NCBI GenBank assembly: GCA_024408505.1
Contig: JAKSUZ010000001.1
Span: forward strand, 206-64,205
Source of the DNA: Bacilli bacterium
Lineage (GTDB): Bacteria; Bacillota_I; Bacilli_A; RFN20; CAG-826
DNA: 64,000 nt
Direction: 5' to 3'
Below, one piece after another: positions 48,411 to 58,651 of this stretch. Under the pieces are notes generated by a model. That model was not told where the DNA came from. It did no database searches and was given only the letters and a program-made list of their open reading frames with translations. Position numbers and translations under genes: made by a program. Position 1 is the first letter of the stretch. Each line of letters opens with the position of its first letter.

Positions 48411-49601
48411 ATGGAAATGAATATGAAAGACTTTATGAAATCTCTCCCTAACCGTACTAAGAAAGCGCTAATTAGTAATGGTGCTTATAAAGCATATTCT
48501 TCAATCGCTTGTGTATTAATCGGATTATTAATCGGATTTCTAATTATGGTCTGCTTGTCTCCTGCTGACGCTTTTTATGATTTTGGAATGATGATTACCG
48601 GCGGCTTAAAGTATTATGAACTCGAAGGCTTTGGTAATATCTTAGCGACCATGGCCCCGCTACTTTGCTGTGGCGTTGGAGTTATATTCGCTTATAAGAC
48701 CGGTATCTTTAATATCGGTGCAGCCGGACAATATGTTCTTGGTTCATTCGGCGCTCTAGTCTTTGCGCTTCAATTTAAGCAACATTGGACCATTTGTATT
48801 TTAATGGCGATGATCTTTGGTGCTTTATGGGCTTGTATCCCTGCACTACTAAAAGTGTTCTGTAATGTTAACGAAGTTATTTCGGGCATTATGCTTAACT
48901 GGATCGCGTTATTCTTCGTTAACTATTCTTATCAAACATACTTGAGTGATATTGTTGATCCTGCAAACAGTTTCAAAACAAAAGTAGTTTCTGCTATAAG
49001 TCCTTCTTCGGTTTTACCGAATTTTGGCGCTGATCCAAATGTCATTGGTAATACATTTACTTGTGCTTTCTTGATTGCAATTTTAATTGCAGTTGTAGCC
49101 TTTATCCTTATGGAAAAAACCACCTTTGGTTACCAACTAAAGGCTTCTGGTTATAACCGCCATGCAACTAAATACGCAGGCATTAATGCAAAGAAGAATG
49201 CGATTATCACAATGGCGATTTCTGGTGCGATTATTGGTTTAGGCGCAGCCTTATATTATTTGGCTGGTGTCGAGGAATGGTCGGCTCAAATCTCTACGTC
49301 TTTACCTCAAGTACCATGGAATGGTATTATCGTAGCCTTTATCGCACAGCTTAATCCAATTGGTGCTATCTTTGCCTCGGGATTCTTATCGCTTATCTCG
49401 GTTGGTTCAACCGCAACCAGCCAATCTGTGTTCCCAAAGGAGATCAGTGATTTAATTACTGCGGTCATAGTTTACTTGAGCGGACTAACCGCTGTTACCC
49501 TCCGCTTTATTCCTTGGATTAAAGCAAAGCTTAAAAAGAAGAAAGAAGGCGAGCCAAAAGAAATGGCCTTAAGTGTCAACGGCTCGAAAGGAGGTAAGTA
49601 G
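48411..49601 (+). CDS. ABC transporter permease (BMP-type nucleoside/sugar importer)
   Basis: 396 aa, multiple TM helices, follows the ATPase with a 2-nt gap. Confidence 0.85.
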   Translation: MEMNMKDFMKSLPNRTKKALISNGAYKAYSSIACVLIGLLIGFLIMVCLSPADAFYDFGMMITGGLKYYELEGFGNILATMAPLLCCGVGVIFAYKTGIFNIGAAGQYVLGSFGALVFALQFKQHWTICILMAMIFGALWACIPALLKVFCNVNEVISGIMLNWIALFFVNYSYQTYLSDIVDPANSFKTKVVSAISPSSVLPNFGADPNVIGNTFTCAFLIAILIAVVAFILMEKTTFGYQLKASGYNRHATKYAGINAKKNAIITMAISGAIIGLGAALYYLAGVEEWSAQISTSLPQVPWNGIIVAFIAQLNPIGAIFASGFLSLISVGSTATSQSVFPKEISDLITAVIVYLSGLTAVTLRFIPWIKAKLKKKKEGEPKEMALSVNGSKGGK

Positions 49602-49602
49602 T

Positions 49603-50559
49603 ATGGGTGCACAATTAGCAATCTTCTTCTCATACATATTTATCTTCGCAGTCGCTTTAATGATAGTAGCAATCGGTGGTATGTTCTCAGAGAGAAGCGG
49701 TATCGTTAACATCGGTCTAGAAGGTACTATGGTGTTCGGCGGCTTCTTTGGTTTATTAACTTTAACTGGATTATATAGTATAGGACTTCACCCGGCGTTA
49801 ATTGTTATGTTAACAATATTAGTGGCAATTATTGCCGGTGCAGCTTATTCGTTGCTGTTAGCAACAGTCGCGATTCATCTTAATGCTGATCAAACTTTAA
49901 TTGGTACTGCTATGAACTTACTTGCAACAGCTACTGTAGTTGTCTTAGCAAAACGTATCTCACCTTATGCAACTGATACCATCGAATTCTTAAAGGATGC
50001 ATTTATTATTCCGCTTGGTAAATTTGATATTAATATTTTCTTATTCTTAGGAATAATTATTCTTATTGTTTCATGGTTTGCCTTATTTAAAACTAGATTC
50101 GGTTTACGCTTAAGAGCATGCGGGGAAAATCCACAATCCGCAGCAAGCGCTGGTATTAATGTATTTAAGTTCCGCTATATCGGAGTTATTATATCTGGTG
50201 CTTTAGCAGGATTAGGAGCTTTGGCTTATATTATTCCATCAAGCAGTTCCTGGAATGCTTCTAGCGGCGTAGCCGGGTTTGGCTTCTTAGCTTTAGCGGT
50301 CTTAATCTTTGGTGCATGGAAACCGGTTCGTATTGCTGGCGCGGCTCTATTCTTCAGCTTCTTTATGGCTCTTAGCTTCTGCTACTTTGACTTATTCTAT
50401 GCTCTGTTTGGCGTTGAACTTAGTAAGAATGTAGGTGTAACAAGCGAGCTATTTAAGATGATTCCGTATATACTATCATTAGTATTACTAGCTTTCACTT
50501 CACGCAAATCAAGAGCGCCGAAGGCGGAAGGCCAACCATATGAGAGAGGTCAAAGATAA
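49603..50559 (+). CDS. ABC transporter permease (second membrane subunit)
   Basis: SD AGGAGG then ATG at 49603 (MGAQLAIFF...). The longer 49573 start would overlap the upstream gene without an SD. Confidence 0.82.
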   Translation: MGAQLAIFFSYIFIFAVALMIVAIGGMFSERSGIVNIGLEGTMVFGGFFGLLTLTGLYSIGLHPALIVMLTILVAIIAGAAYSLLLATVAIHLNADQTLIGTAMNLLATATVVVLAKRISPYATDTIEFLKDAFIIPLGKFDINIFLFLGIIILIVSWFALFKTRFGLRLRACGENPQSAASAGINVFKFRYIGVIISGALAGLGALAYIIPSSSSWNASSGVAGFGFLALAVLIFGAWKPVRIAGAALFFSFFMALSFCYFDLFYALFGVELSKNVGVTSELFKMIPYILSLVLLAFTSRKSRAPKAEGQPYERGQR

Positions 50560-51287
50560 TGAGTGTTCACATTAATGCAAAAAAAGGAGACTTTGCAAAA
50601 GTCTTATTAATGCCTGGAGATCCAGTTAGGGCAACTTGGATTGCCCATACCTTCCTTAAAAATTATAAGGAAGTGTGTGATGTAAGAGGGATGCTCGGGT
50701 ATACCGGTTATACTAAAAACGGAAAGCGGATTAGTGTAATGGCAAGTGGAATGGGCCAACCAAGTATTGGTATATATAGTTATGAACTATTTAGTCAATA
50801 TAATGTAGAAACCATTATTCGTGTCGGTACCTGCGGCGCGTTCCAAAAGTATATTAATACAAAAGATATTATTATCGCTCAGACTGCGAGTACAGATTTT
50901 AACTGGATGACTGATTTTAACTTACAAGAAGGTTCATATAGCGCTGGCGCAACTTATGATGTACTAGAAGCAGCGGTTCATGAATCTAGAAAGAGTAAAG
51001 CAAAAGTACATATCGGCAACATCTTCTCCGAAGGTCGCTTTTATCATTTCACCGAGAACGACAAGGAGCCTTGGTGGAAGCCATGGGAAAAAATTGGAGT
51101 GTTAGGATGCGAAATGGAAAGCTACGCTTTATATTGTAATGCAGCGTTACTTAAAAAGAAGGCTTTAGGTATGTTTACTGTTTCTGATCATTTCCAAAAA
51201 CCTGGTATTTTATCCTCTGAAGAAAGAGCGAAAGGTTTAAGAAACATGATTGAAATTGCCATTCGCGTTGCAGAAAAATTTGCTTAA
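50559..51287 (+). CDS. deoD: Purine nucleoside phosphorylase, DeoD type
   Basis: 242 aa. GDPVRATWIAHTFL...SGMGQPS...GTCGA...VLGCEMESYAL matches the hexameric PNP family. ATGA overlap with the permease. Confidence 0.9.
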   Translation: MSVHINAKKGDFAKVLLMPGDPVRATWIAHTFLKNYKEVCDVRGMLGYTGYTKNGKRISVMASGMGQPSIGIYSYELFSQYNVETIIRVGTCGAFQKYINTKDIIIAQTASTDFNWMTDFNLQEGSYSAGATYDVLEAAVHESRKSKAKVHIGNIFSEGRFYHFTENDKEPWWKPWEKIGVLGCEMESYALYCNAALLKKKALGMFTVSDHFQKPGILSSEERAKGLRNMIEIAIRVAEKFA

Positions 51288-51302
51288 TCATATTATATAA
51301 AT

Positions 51303-52343
51303 ATGAAGCGTAGCCAAACATTGAAGGTCAAAGTTGGTCGTTTAACCCTTGGTGGTTCAAACCGCGTTTTGATTCAATCAATGTGTAACATTAAAACCAG
51401 TAATGTTAATGCAGTTAGTAAACAAATTAATGAATGCGCAAAGTTAGGCGCTGATATAATGCGTGTTAGTGTTTTAGACACTAATGACGCAAAAGCGATT
51501 AAAGAGATTAAAAAGAAAATTAAAATTCCATTAGTTGCCGATATCCATTTTGATTATCGCTTAGCGATAGAATCGATTAATAGCGGCGCTGATGCAATAA
51601 GAATTAATCCAGGAAATATTGGTAGTATAGATAAAATCAAAAAGGTTGTTACTCTAGCGAAAAGAAAAAATGTTCCTATTCGAATTGGAGTTAATTCGGG
51701 TTCTCTTGATAAATCAATTAGTGATAAAGCGAGCGCGATTAACTTGGTTAAGAGCGCAAAAAAGCATGTAGCAATTTTAGAGGAATTAGGGTTTAAGAAT
51801 ATTATAATTTCCCTTAAGGGAAGTAATGTCAAAGATACAATTGCTGCTTATACATTAGCAAGCAAGACTTTTAAATATCCACTTCATTTAGGAATTACGG
51901 AAGCCGGTCCAAGTGAAATTGGTATTTCACGTAGCGTCGCTGCATTAGCCCCGCTTCTTCTTAATGGAATCGGTAATACTATCCGTATCTCTTTAAGTGA
52001 TGAGCCTCAAAAGGAAGTAATCGCATGTAAAAGACTCCTTCATGATGTTGTATTATATCCAAATTATCCTACTTTAATTTCTTGTCCGACTTGTGGACGT
52101 ACCCAAATTAATTTAATTCCGTTAGCAAATAAAGTACTTAAGTACTTAGAAGATAATCATATAAATAAAAAAGTTGCGGTTATGGGTTGCGTAGTAAATG
52201 GACCCGGTGAAGCGAAAGAATGTGACCTTGGTTTAGCGGGTGGCAAAGGTGAATGGGTTCTTTTTAAGAAAGGCAAAGTAATTAAGAAAATTAAAGAAAA
52301 AGATGCCTTTGATACTTTAATTAAAGAAATTAAAAAGTTATAG
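51303..52343 (+). CDS. ispG: 4-hydroxy-3-methylbut-2-en-1-yl diphosphate synthase (MEP pathway)
   Basis: TIM-barrel N-terminus (IQSMCN...MRVSV) and C-terminal 4Fe-4S domain CPTCGRT...GCVVNGPGE. 346 aa. Confidence 0.92.
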   Translation: MKRSQTLKVKVGRLTLGGSNRVLIQSMCNIKTSNVNAVSKQINECAKLGADIMRVSVLDTNDAKAIKEIKKKIKIPLVADIHFDYRLAIESINSGADAIRINPGNIGSIDKIKKVVTLAKRKNVPIRIGVNSGSLDKSISDKASAINLVKSAKKHVAILEELGFKNIIISLKGSNVKDTIAAYTLASKTFKYPLHLGITEAGPSEIGISRSVAALAPLLLNGIGNTIRISLSDEPQKEVIACKRLLHDVVLYPNYPTLISCPTCGRTQINLIPLANKVLKYLEDNHINKKVAVMGCVVNGPGEAKECDLGLAGGKGEWVLFKKGKVIKKIKEKDAFDTLIKEIKKL

Positions 52344-53219
52344 TTTATACGCCCAGTTCGAATCAAACTTCTTACTTCTGAGCATATCAATTTCCTTCTT
52401 GTAAGGAGGTTTTTCGTTTATATAAGGGGTTTCAATAATTTTAGGAATATTATCTAGTTTTGGGTGATGAACATAGTTCACTAAAGTATTAAAACCAATT
52501 AGACCAACACCAATATTAGCGTGTCTATCTTTATGCGATCCAGTTCCATTGATGGAATCGTTAATATGAATAACGAGTAATTTATTTAATCCAATAATTT
52601 TATCGAATTCATCGATAACCTTATTAATGTCTTTTACATCATAACCAGCATCATTAATGTGACAAGTATCTAGACATACACCGACTCGGTCTTTTTTGTG
52701 TATGCCATCTATTATGGTTTTTAATTCATTAAAATTCTTGCCAAGTTCGCTACCTTTACCTGCCATAGTCTCTAAAGCAATCTTAATATCCGAATCATCG
52801 TGATCTAAAACTTCGTTTAAACCATCAATAATTGCTTTTAGTCCTACTTCTACTCCAGCGTCAACATGACTACCTGGATGAAGCACTAAAGTTTTAACAT
52901 GAAAATCATTAACTCGTTTAAGTTCTTCTTTTAGAAAGCTAATCGCAAGTTCGCGCGTCTTTAAATTAACTGTATTGCCTAAGTTAATAATATATGGAGC
53001 GTGAACAACGATTTTACTTTCATCTAATCCACTCTCTTTGATTAGCTTGCGACCTTCTTCAATTTTTAATTGGCTTGTAGGTTTGCGGATAGTGTTTTGC
53101 GGTGCGCCGGTATAAAACATAAAGCAATTTTCACCAAGTGAAAGCGCCATCTTAACCGTGCCAAGATAATATTCTGGCCCGCTTAGATTAATATGACTAC
53201 CTAAAAATAAATTATTCAT
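52338..53219 (-). CDS. nfo: Endonuclease IV (AP endonuclease family 2)
   Basis: MNNLFLGSHINLSG... Metal ligands HAPYIINL, LETMAGKG, HINDS. Its 3' end overlaps the ispG 3' end by 6 nt (convergent). Start at the internal ATG (53219) is preferred. Confidence 0.88.
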   Translation of the reverse strand: MNNLFLGSHINLSGPEYYLGTVKMALSLGENCFMFYTGAPQNTIRKPTSQLKIEEGRKLIKESGLDESKIVVHAPYIINLGNTVNLKTRELAISFLKEELKRVNDFHVKTLVLHPGSHVDAGVEVGLKAIIDGLNEVLDHDDSDIKIALETMAGKGSELGKNFNELKTIIDGIHKKDRVGVCLDTCHINDAGYDVKDINKVIDEFDKIIGLNKLLVIHINDSINGTGSHKDRHANIGVGLIGFNTLVNYVHHPKLDNIPKIIETPYINEKPPYKKEIDMLRSKKFDSNWAYKL

Positions 53220-54579
53220 AATTCTTATTTTTCGCCTCTTGTTTATATCTTTCAACTCGTTGACGACGGATGTCTTGACGGATTACTTCACGCTTATGCT
53301 TTTGTTTAACTTTGTTAATCGCTAATTTTACTTTCTTCTTGTAGTTAGGCTTAACTTTATTGCCCTTACTTTCATATTTAGCTTTTTTGATATCTCTTAA
53401 GAGATTTTCATCAATCTTTTTATTACGTTTAAATTCTTTAACAAAAGCTTTACCTTGTGTTAATTCATTATTCTTAAGTGATAAATAGTTAAACTTCACT
53501 CCTTGATTAATAAGAGCGCTGACACGCTTAGTTTCACTAACGTTATAAAATACATAAGAATTACCAACTTTATCAAAACGACCAGTTCTACCAGCGCGAT
53601 GATGGTAATAGGTTAAATCGCTAGGTAAGTTAATACTTAATACATCACTAACGTTCTTAAAATCCATTCCTCTACTTACTAGATCACTTGCCACTACTAT
53701 TTGATATTCATCATTATTGATGCGTTTAATAGTTGCGCGTCTCTCACGGTCAGTTAAGTCTCCGGTAATCATAGTGACTGAATATTTAAGTTTCTTTAAA
53801 TAGTTATATAAACTATTAACTTCATTTTTATTGCTTGCAAAAATTAATAGAAAATACGGGTTCTTTATTTTAATAAAGGATAAGGCTGCTTCATTTAAAT
53901 CCTGGTGATGAATGTCTACTAAATAATGAGTTACTCCACCACCGGTATCTTGTTTTTTGTCACTGGTTATTTCATAATCAGCACCGATATATTTATTGAT
54001 TTGATTACGTAGGTTATCTTTAATGGTAGCCGAGAAAATCATAATCTGCGGTTTATTAAATTGATTAACTAAGTAGTTAATGTCATTAAAATAGCCTAAT
54101 TCAAGTAACATATCAGCTTCATCAAGAATCAAAATATTTACATTTTTAGCATTTAGATGCCCTTTCTTAAATAAAGAAGATAAGCGACCTGGAGTGCCGA
54201 TAACTAAGTTAGGTGTAATCGATAAGCCAGAGATATTTTCTTTTTCACTAGTTTCACTAGTTAAAAGTCTTACTTTGATATCTCCATATTCGCGTTTAAA
54301 CATACGTGTGAAGGTAAAGATTTGTCGAGCAAGTTCGTTAGTTGGCGCAATAATTACTCCATACAAATTAGCGCGATCTAGACGATTTAGTTTAGCGAGT
54401 AAAGGAATTAAGTAAGCATGAGTCTTCCCGCTCCCAGTTTCGCTTTTAACCACTAAATTTAAACCTTGAAGAGCTTTGGGAATAACGAGACTTTGGATTG
54501 GAGATGACGAAACATAACCTTGTCGAAGTAGGCTAGCAATCATCTTCTCATCTAAGTTAAACGCTTTAAAGCTTCCCAT
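53212..54579 (-). CDS. DEAD-box ATP-dependent RNA helicase
   Basis: Q-motif, SETGSGKTHAYLIP, DEAD (LILDEADMLL), SAT, HRAGRTGR. Lys-rich C-terminal tail. 455 aa. Confidence 0.9.
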   Translation of the reverse strand: MGSFKAFNLDEKMIASLLRQGYVSSSPIQSLVIPKALQGLNLVVKSETGSGKTHAYLIPLLAKLNRLDRANLYGVIIAPTNELARQIFTFTRMFKREYGDIKVRLLTSETSEKENISGLSITPNLVIGTPGRLSSLFKKGHLNAKNVNILILDEADMLLELGYFNDINYLVNQFNKPQIMIFSATIKDNLRNQINKYIGADYEITSDKKQDTGGGVTHYLVDIHHQDLNEAALSFIKIKNPYFLLIFASNKNEVNSLYNYLKKLKYSVTMITGDLTDRERRATIKRINNDEYQIVVASDLVSRGMDFKNVSDVLSINLPSDLTYYHHRAGRTGRFDKVGNSYVFYNVSETKRVSALINQGVKFNYLSLKNNELTQGKAFVKEFKRNKKIDENLLRDIKKAKYESKGNKVKPNYKKKVKLAINKVKQKHKREVIRQDIRRQRVERYKQEAKNKNYE

Positions 54580-54624
54580 ACTTTTATTATTATAACCGAC
54601 TTTTATTTTTGATAAAATATTAGT

Positions 54625-55500
54625 GTGAAAACATATTTAGCAAATCCTAGTGGCTATTGTCAGGGCGTGTCACGCGCAATTGCTTTAGCGCTTTCTTTTA
54701 AAAAGAAATATCCCGATAAGGAATGTTATGTTTTAGGAGCGCTAGTTCATAACGAGACCGTTACGGATGAATTAAAGAAATACGGAATTATTTCCTTACT
54801 AGATAAAACTAGTAACGAAGATAAAATTAAAAAACTTCCCAAAGGATGTGCGGTGATATTTACTGCTCACGGGCACGATAAAAAACTAGAAGAGTTATTA
54901 AAACTTAAGAATATAGTTTATTTAGATGCAACATGTCCAATTGTTGAATTAAGCGCCACTAATATTCGAAAAGCAATTAAAGATGGAAGACAAGTAATTT
55001 ATGTAGGCACTCCTAATCACCCAGAAACTATTGGAATGCTATCAATAGATAAAGAAGTTCACTTGTTTCAAGACATCATGGATGGTATGAAGAGCGTTAT
55101 CAAAGATAAGACACCGTTTGTAAGTTCGCAAACAACCTTATCGATTTTTGAACTCGAAAACATTTTTAATAAAATTAAAGAAACATTTCCTAATGCAATT
55201 TTTCAAAAAGAAATTTGCCAAGAAACTAAGACTCGCCAAATGGCGGTTAAAAAATTGCCGAACGATGTTGATGCTGTTTTTATCGTTGGCGGAAAAGATT
55301 CAAGCAACACCAAAAAACTCTATGAGTTAGCGAAGAAACATTTCTCAACTTTGAAAATCTTTTATATATTAAATGAATACGACATTGATCCTATTAAAGA
55401 CAAACTAAAAGGTTGTCTTAGATGTGCGATTATCTCTGGAGCGTCTACTCCACTTAACGAAACAATGAAAATCAAAGTCAAATTAGACGAGATTTGGTAA
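54625..55500 (+). CDS. ispH: 4-hydroxy-3-methylbut-2-enyl diphosphate reductase (MEP pathway)
   Basis: GTG start. GYCQGV...TAHGHD...DATCP cysteine ligand pattern of IspH/LytB. 291 aa. Confidence 0.88.
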   Translation: MKTYLANPSGYCQGVSRAIALALSFKKKYPDKECYVLGALVHNETVTDELKKYGIISLLDKTSNEDKIKKLPKGCAVIFTAHGHDKKLEELLKLKNIVYLDATCPIVELSATNIRKAIKDGRQVIYVGTPNHPETIGMLSIDKEVHLFQDIMDGMKSVIKDKTPFVSSQTTLSIFELENIFNKIKETFPNAIFQKEICQETKTRQMAVKKLPNDVDAVFIVGGKDSSNTKKLYELAKKHFSTLKIFYILNEYDIDPIKDKLKGCLRCAIISGASTPLNETMKIKVKLDEIW

Positions 55501-55941
55501 TTAAAACTTTTTAAGTTTTGGATATTTTTTAATTAATTCTTTAGTTGAGTATATTTTAAAACTTGCTTTATTAAAAGCAGGAACGGTAAGACAGGTAACG
55601 AGTGTGCCGACTTTAGCATCAGTGTGCTTACTAGCAAATATTGTTCCTTTTGGAACATACACAATTGGCTCCGCATCTTTACTTAACCCGCACTTTTTAA
55701 TTTCGATTTTGTGGTTTGGATATATAATCCAAATTTCTAGATCACTTCCATAGTGATATAACCAATATTCATCTGAATCAATTTTATGGAAACGAGATTT
55801 TTCTTTAGCGCGTACATAATAATAAATCGCTCCGCTTTTTTGACGTTTTACTTTTTCCTTTGGAAAATGACGTTCAACATAGAGACCGTTTTCAAAATGA
55901 GGCTTCAATTTTAAACGACGGATTAATTCTTTTTCGTTCAT
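55501..55941 (-). CDS. Cupin-fold hypothetical protein (DUF985-like)
   Basis: 146-aa beta-rich ORF, convergent and abutting the ispH stop. The family call is tentative. Confidence 0.5.
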   Translation of the reverse strand: MNEKELIRRLKLKPHFENGLYVERHFPKEKVKRQKSGAIYYYVRAKEKSRFHKIDSDEYWLYHYGSDLEIWIIYPNHKIEIKKCGLSKDAEPIVYVPKGTIFASKHTDAKVGTLVTCLTVPAFNKASFKIYSTKELIKKYPKLKKF

Positions 55942-56699
55942 ATAACTTTTGGATACGGTTGACTAACCGTAATAATCTTTAGTTTCTTATCGAGCGCCTT
56001 TAAGCGACGCACCATTACTGGAATAAATATTTGTTCTGCTTCATGCCAAATTTCTAAATAATTAAATTGATAACAATTTACATCATGACGAATATGATGA
56101 GGAGCATCACCACTTACATAAATGTCATATCCTTCATCTAGCGCCATCTTGAAACAACCGCCAGCTGCACCACCACAGATTGCAACTTTCTTCACCATTT
56201 TCTTACCTCTATTTATTAAATAAACCGAAGGTAGATTTAGTGATTTTTTTACAAAGCGAGCGAATGCGTTAACTTCCATCGCTTCTTTTAAGACTCCTCC
56301 ACGAATCATCGGATCGGCTTTTAATGATTTAATGTTTTTTAATCCAATCGCTTTAGCGAGATTGTCATTCATCCCGTCAAGGCCCGAGTCGAAATTCGTG
56401 TGCATACTATAAACAGGAATCTTTAACTTATCTATTTTCTTAACCAATGCGCGCTTAACTGAATCATATTCAAGAACTTCTTTTCGCTTTCCATATATCA
56501 AAGGATGATGAGTCAAAATTAAATCTATTTTTTCCCTCTTAACTCTGTTAAAAACATCATTATCAAAATCTAGACACACTAAAATCGTATTAGTTTCTTT
56601 TCTTAATTTACCGGTTTGTAACCCAATAAAGTCACCGGGACAGGCCACGCTTTTTGGGTACCATTTTCTTAAATGGTATATTAATTTACTACTTTGCAT
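55938..56699 (-). CDS. Nif3-family dinuclear-metal-centre protein (YqfO/GTP cyclohydrolase 1 type 2 homologue)
   Basis: 253 aa. Conserved N-terminal region ...GLQTGKL..., His-rich metal ligands (LTHHPLIY, HTNFD), C-terminal ICGGAAGGCF. Position after trmK/sigA as in Bacillus yqfO. Confidence 0.8.
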   Translation of the reverse strand: MQSSKLIYHLRKWYPKSVACPGDFIGLQTGKLRKETNTILVCLDFDNDVFNRVKREKIDLILTHHPLIYGKRKEVLEYDSVKRALVKKIDKLKIPVYSMHTNFDSGLDGMNDNLAKAIGLKNIKSLKADPMIRGGVLKEAMEVNAFARFVKKSLNLPSVYLINRGKKMVKKVAICGGAAGGCFKMALDEGYDIYVSGDAPHHIRHDVNCYQFNYLEIWHEAEQIFIPVMVRRLKALDKKLKIITVSQPYPKVI

Positions 56700-57156
56700 A
56701 TCTAACTAAATGATAACCTTTCTTCTTATCAATTATATCAATTGATGTATCAACTTTAAAACCAAAATTTTCTAAATATTCTCTAACTTTCGTATCATCA
56801 CGATGAATATCTGTAACAATATATTTTATATATTTAAGTTTAGCCTTATTATCATTAATCATTTTAATGACATTTAGTCCGCCTAATCCGGCAAACACTA
56901 AAGTATTGATATCACTTTTCATATTGAAGTTAAGTCCATCAGCCTTAATAACTTCACATTTATCTTCTAGTTCATACTTCTTAATATTATTAAGAGCGTT
57001 TTGAACAGGACCTGTTTTGTTATCAATCGCATACGCATATAGTATCTTCTTAGATAGTAGTAAGTTGATAATTAAATACGCGTGATCAGTGCCAATATCG
57101 GCCACCACAGTTTTAGATGGAACTAATTTAGCAATTTCTTCAATTCTATTTGCCAT
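56689..57156 (-). CDS. trmK: tRNA (adenine22-N1)-methyltransferase TrmK-like (YqfN), short form
   Basis: SAM-binding [11 protein letters not shown] motif and synteny downstream of sigA. At 155 aa it is shorter than Bacillus TrmK. Confidence 0.7.
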   Translation of the reverse strand: MANRIEEIAKLVPSKTVVADIGTDHAYLIINLLLSKKILYAYAIDNKTGPVQNALNNIKKYELEDKCEVIKADGLNFNMKSDINTLVFAGLGGLNVIKMINDNKAKLKYIKYIVTDIHRDDTKVREYLENFGFKVDTSIDIIDKKKGYHLVRYAK

Positions 57157-58630
57157 TATTATTGGTAGGAATACGGTAATCGCCTAATTTCTTAATTCTC
57201 ATTGGTGAACGAAGCTTTTTTAAAGCTTTAGCTTCAATTTGACGAATACGTTCACGGGTAACGGCGAATTCACGACCGACCTCTTCTAATGTTCTTGGTT
57301 TGTTATCATCAAGACCATAACGTAAACGAAGCACTCTTTCTTCTCTTTCAGAAAGTTCACCTAGAACCATGAAAAGCGCATCTTTAGATAATGACTTAGT
57401 TGTAAATTCATTTGGCGAAACATTTTGTTTATCTTCGACAAAGTCGACTAAGTGCGATTCATCTTCTTCACCAACTGGAGTTTCTAATGAAACCGGTTCG
57501 AGCGCAATCATTTGGATCTTTCTTAAACGATCAGGAGAAATACTACCATCAAGTTTTTCACTAATTTCTTCAGCGGTTGGATCACGACCTAGTTCTTGAA
57601 CTAGTTGACGTTGTACACGAGTAATTTTATTAATCGTTTCAACCATGTGAACTGGAATACGAATAGTTCTTGCTTGGTCAGCAATCGCACGAGTAATCGC
57701 TTGACGAATCCACCAAGTTGCATAAGTTGAAAACTTAAAGCCTTTAGAATAATCGAATTTATCAACCGCCTTCATTAAGCCTAGGTTACCTTCTTGAATT
57801 AAATCAAGGAAGTGCATACCACGACCTACATAGTGCTTCGCAATCGAGATAACTAAACGTAAGTTTGCATTAATTAATTCGTGTTTAGCTTCTTCTGCAT
57901 CTTTGCCGCCTTTAGCGATGCGCTTTGCGAGTTCGATTTCTTCATCTCGACCAGAGAGAAGACCAACCCGACCTATTTCTTTTAAATAAACCTTAACTGA
58001 ATCCGTGGATTTAATATCACCACTTGCTAGAGCGTTTAAGTCTTTTAGACTTTTTGCGATTTCTTCATATTCACTCTTTTCTTGATTGTGGAATTCGTCA
58101 TCGTCTTCGACGTCAAGTTCGTCTTCGCTCATTTCTTTTTCAAGATCTTCTTCATCACCAAGGAAATCTTTTTCATCAATGTCTTCCGCTTCTTCTTCGT
58201 TAGTCTCGACTTTTACTTTTTTCTTTTTAAAGAAATTTAATAAGTCTTCAAGTTCATCTTCACTTAAATCAAGCGGTTCCACTGCGTCCATAATATCTTC
58301 TTGGGAAATGGATCCATCTTTTTTAGCGATCTTAAGATATTTCTCTTTGACGCGCTCAAGTTCAACGAGTTTTTCGTCTTCATCCTCGTCATCACTCATC
58401 ACTTTTTTAGTGATTACTTTCTTGGTGGCTTTTATTTCTTTTTTAATTTCTTTTTTGGTTTGCTTCGCCGCTTTCTTAATAACCTTTGTATCTTTTTTAG
58501 CGGTTTTGAGCGCCTTCTTTAAATTAGCCTTACCTTCTTTACTAAGATGTGGTTTAACAGCCTTAACCGTTTTCTTTACGGCCTTCACCACTTTTGCTTT
58601 TGCCTTCGCTTTACTTTTAACTTTTCCCAT
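57146..58630 (-). CDS. sigA: RNA polymerase primary sigma factor SigA/RpoD with a Lys/Ala-rich N-terminal extension
   Basis: Regions 1.2-4 conserved ([73 protein letters not shown]). SD aAAGGAGaataaat ATG at 58630. The N-terminal about 75 aa is KAKAKAK-rich and is followed by an acidic region 1.1. Confidence 0.92.
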   Translation of the reverse strand: MGKVKSKAKAKAKVVKAVKKTVKAVKPHLSKEGKANLKKALKTAKKDTKVIKKAAKQTKKEIKKEIKATKKVITKKVMSDDEDEDEKLVELERVKEKYLKIAKKDGSISQEDIMDAVEPLDLSEDELEDLLNFFKKKKVKVETNEEEAEDIDEKDFLGDEEDLEKEMSEDELDVEDDDEFHNQEKSEYEEIAKSLKDLNALASGDIKSTDSVKVYLKEIGRVGLLSGRDEEIELAKRIAKGGKDAEEAKHELINANLRLVISIAKHYVGRGMHFLDLIQEGNLGLMKAVDKFDYSKGFKFSTYATWWIRQAITRAIADQARTIRIPVHMVETINKITRVQRQLVQELGRDPTAEEISEKLDGSISPDRLRKIQMIALEPVSLETPVGEEDESHLVDFVEDKQNVSPNEFTTKSLSKDALFMVLGELSEREERVLRLRYGLDDNKPRTLEEVGREFAVTRERIRQIEAKALKKLRSPMRIKKLGDYRIPTNNNGK

Positions 58631-58651
58631 ATTTATTCTCCTTTTAATTCA

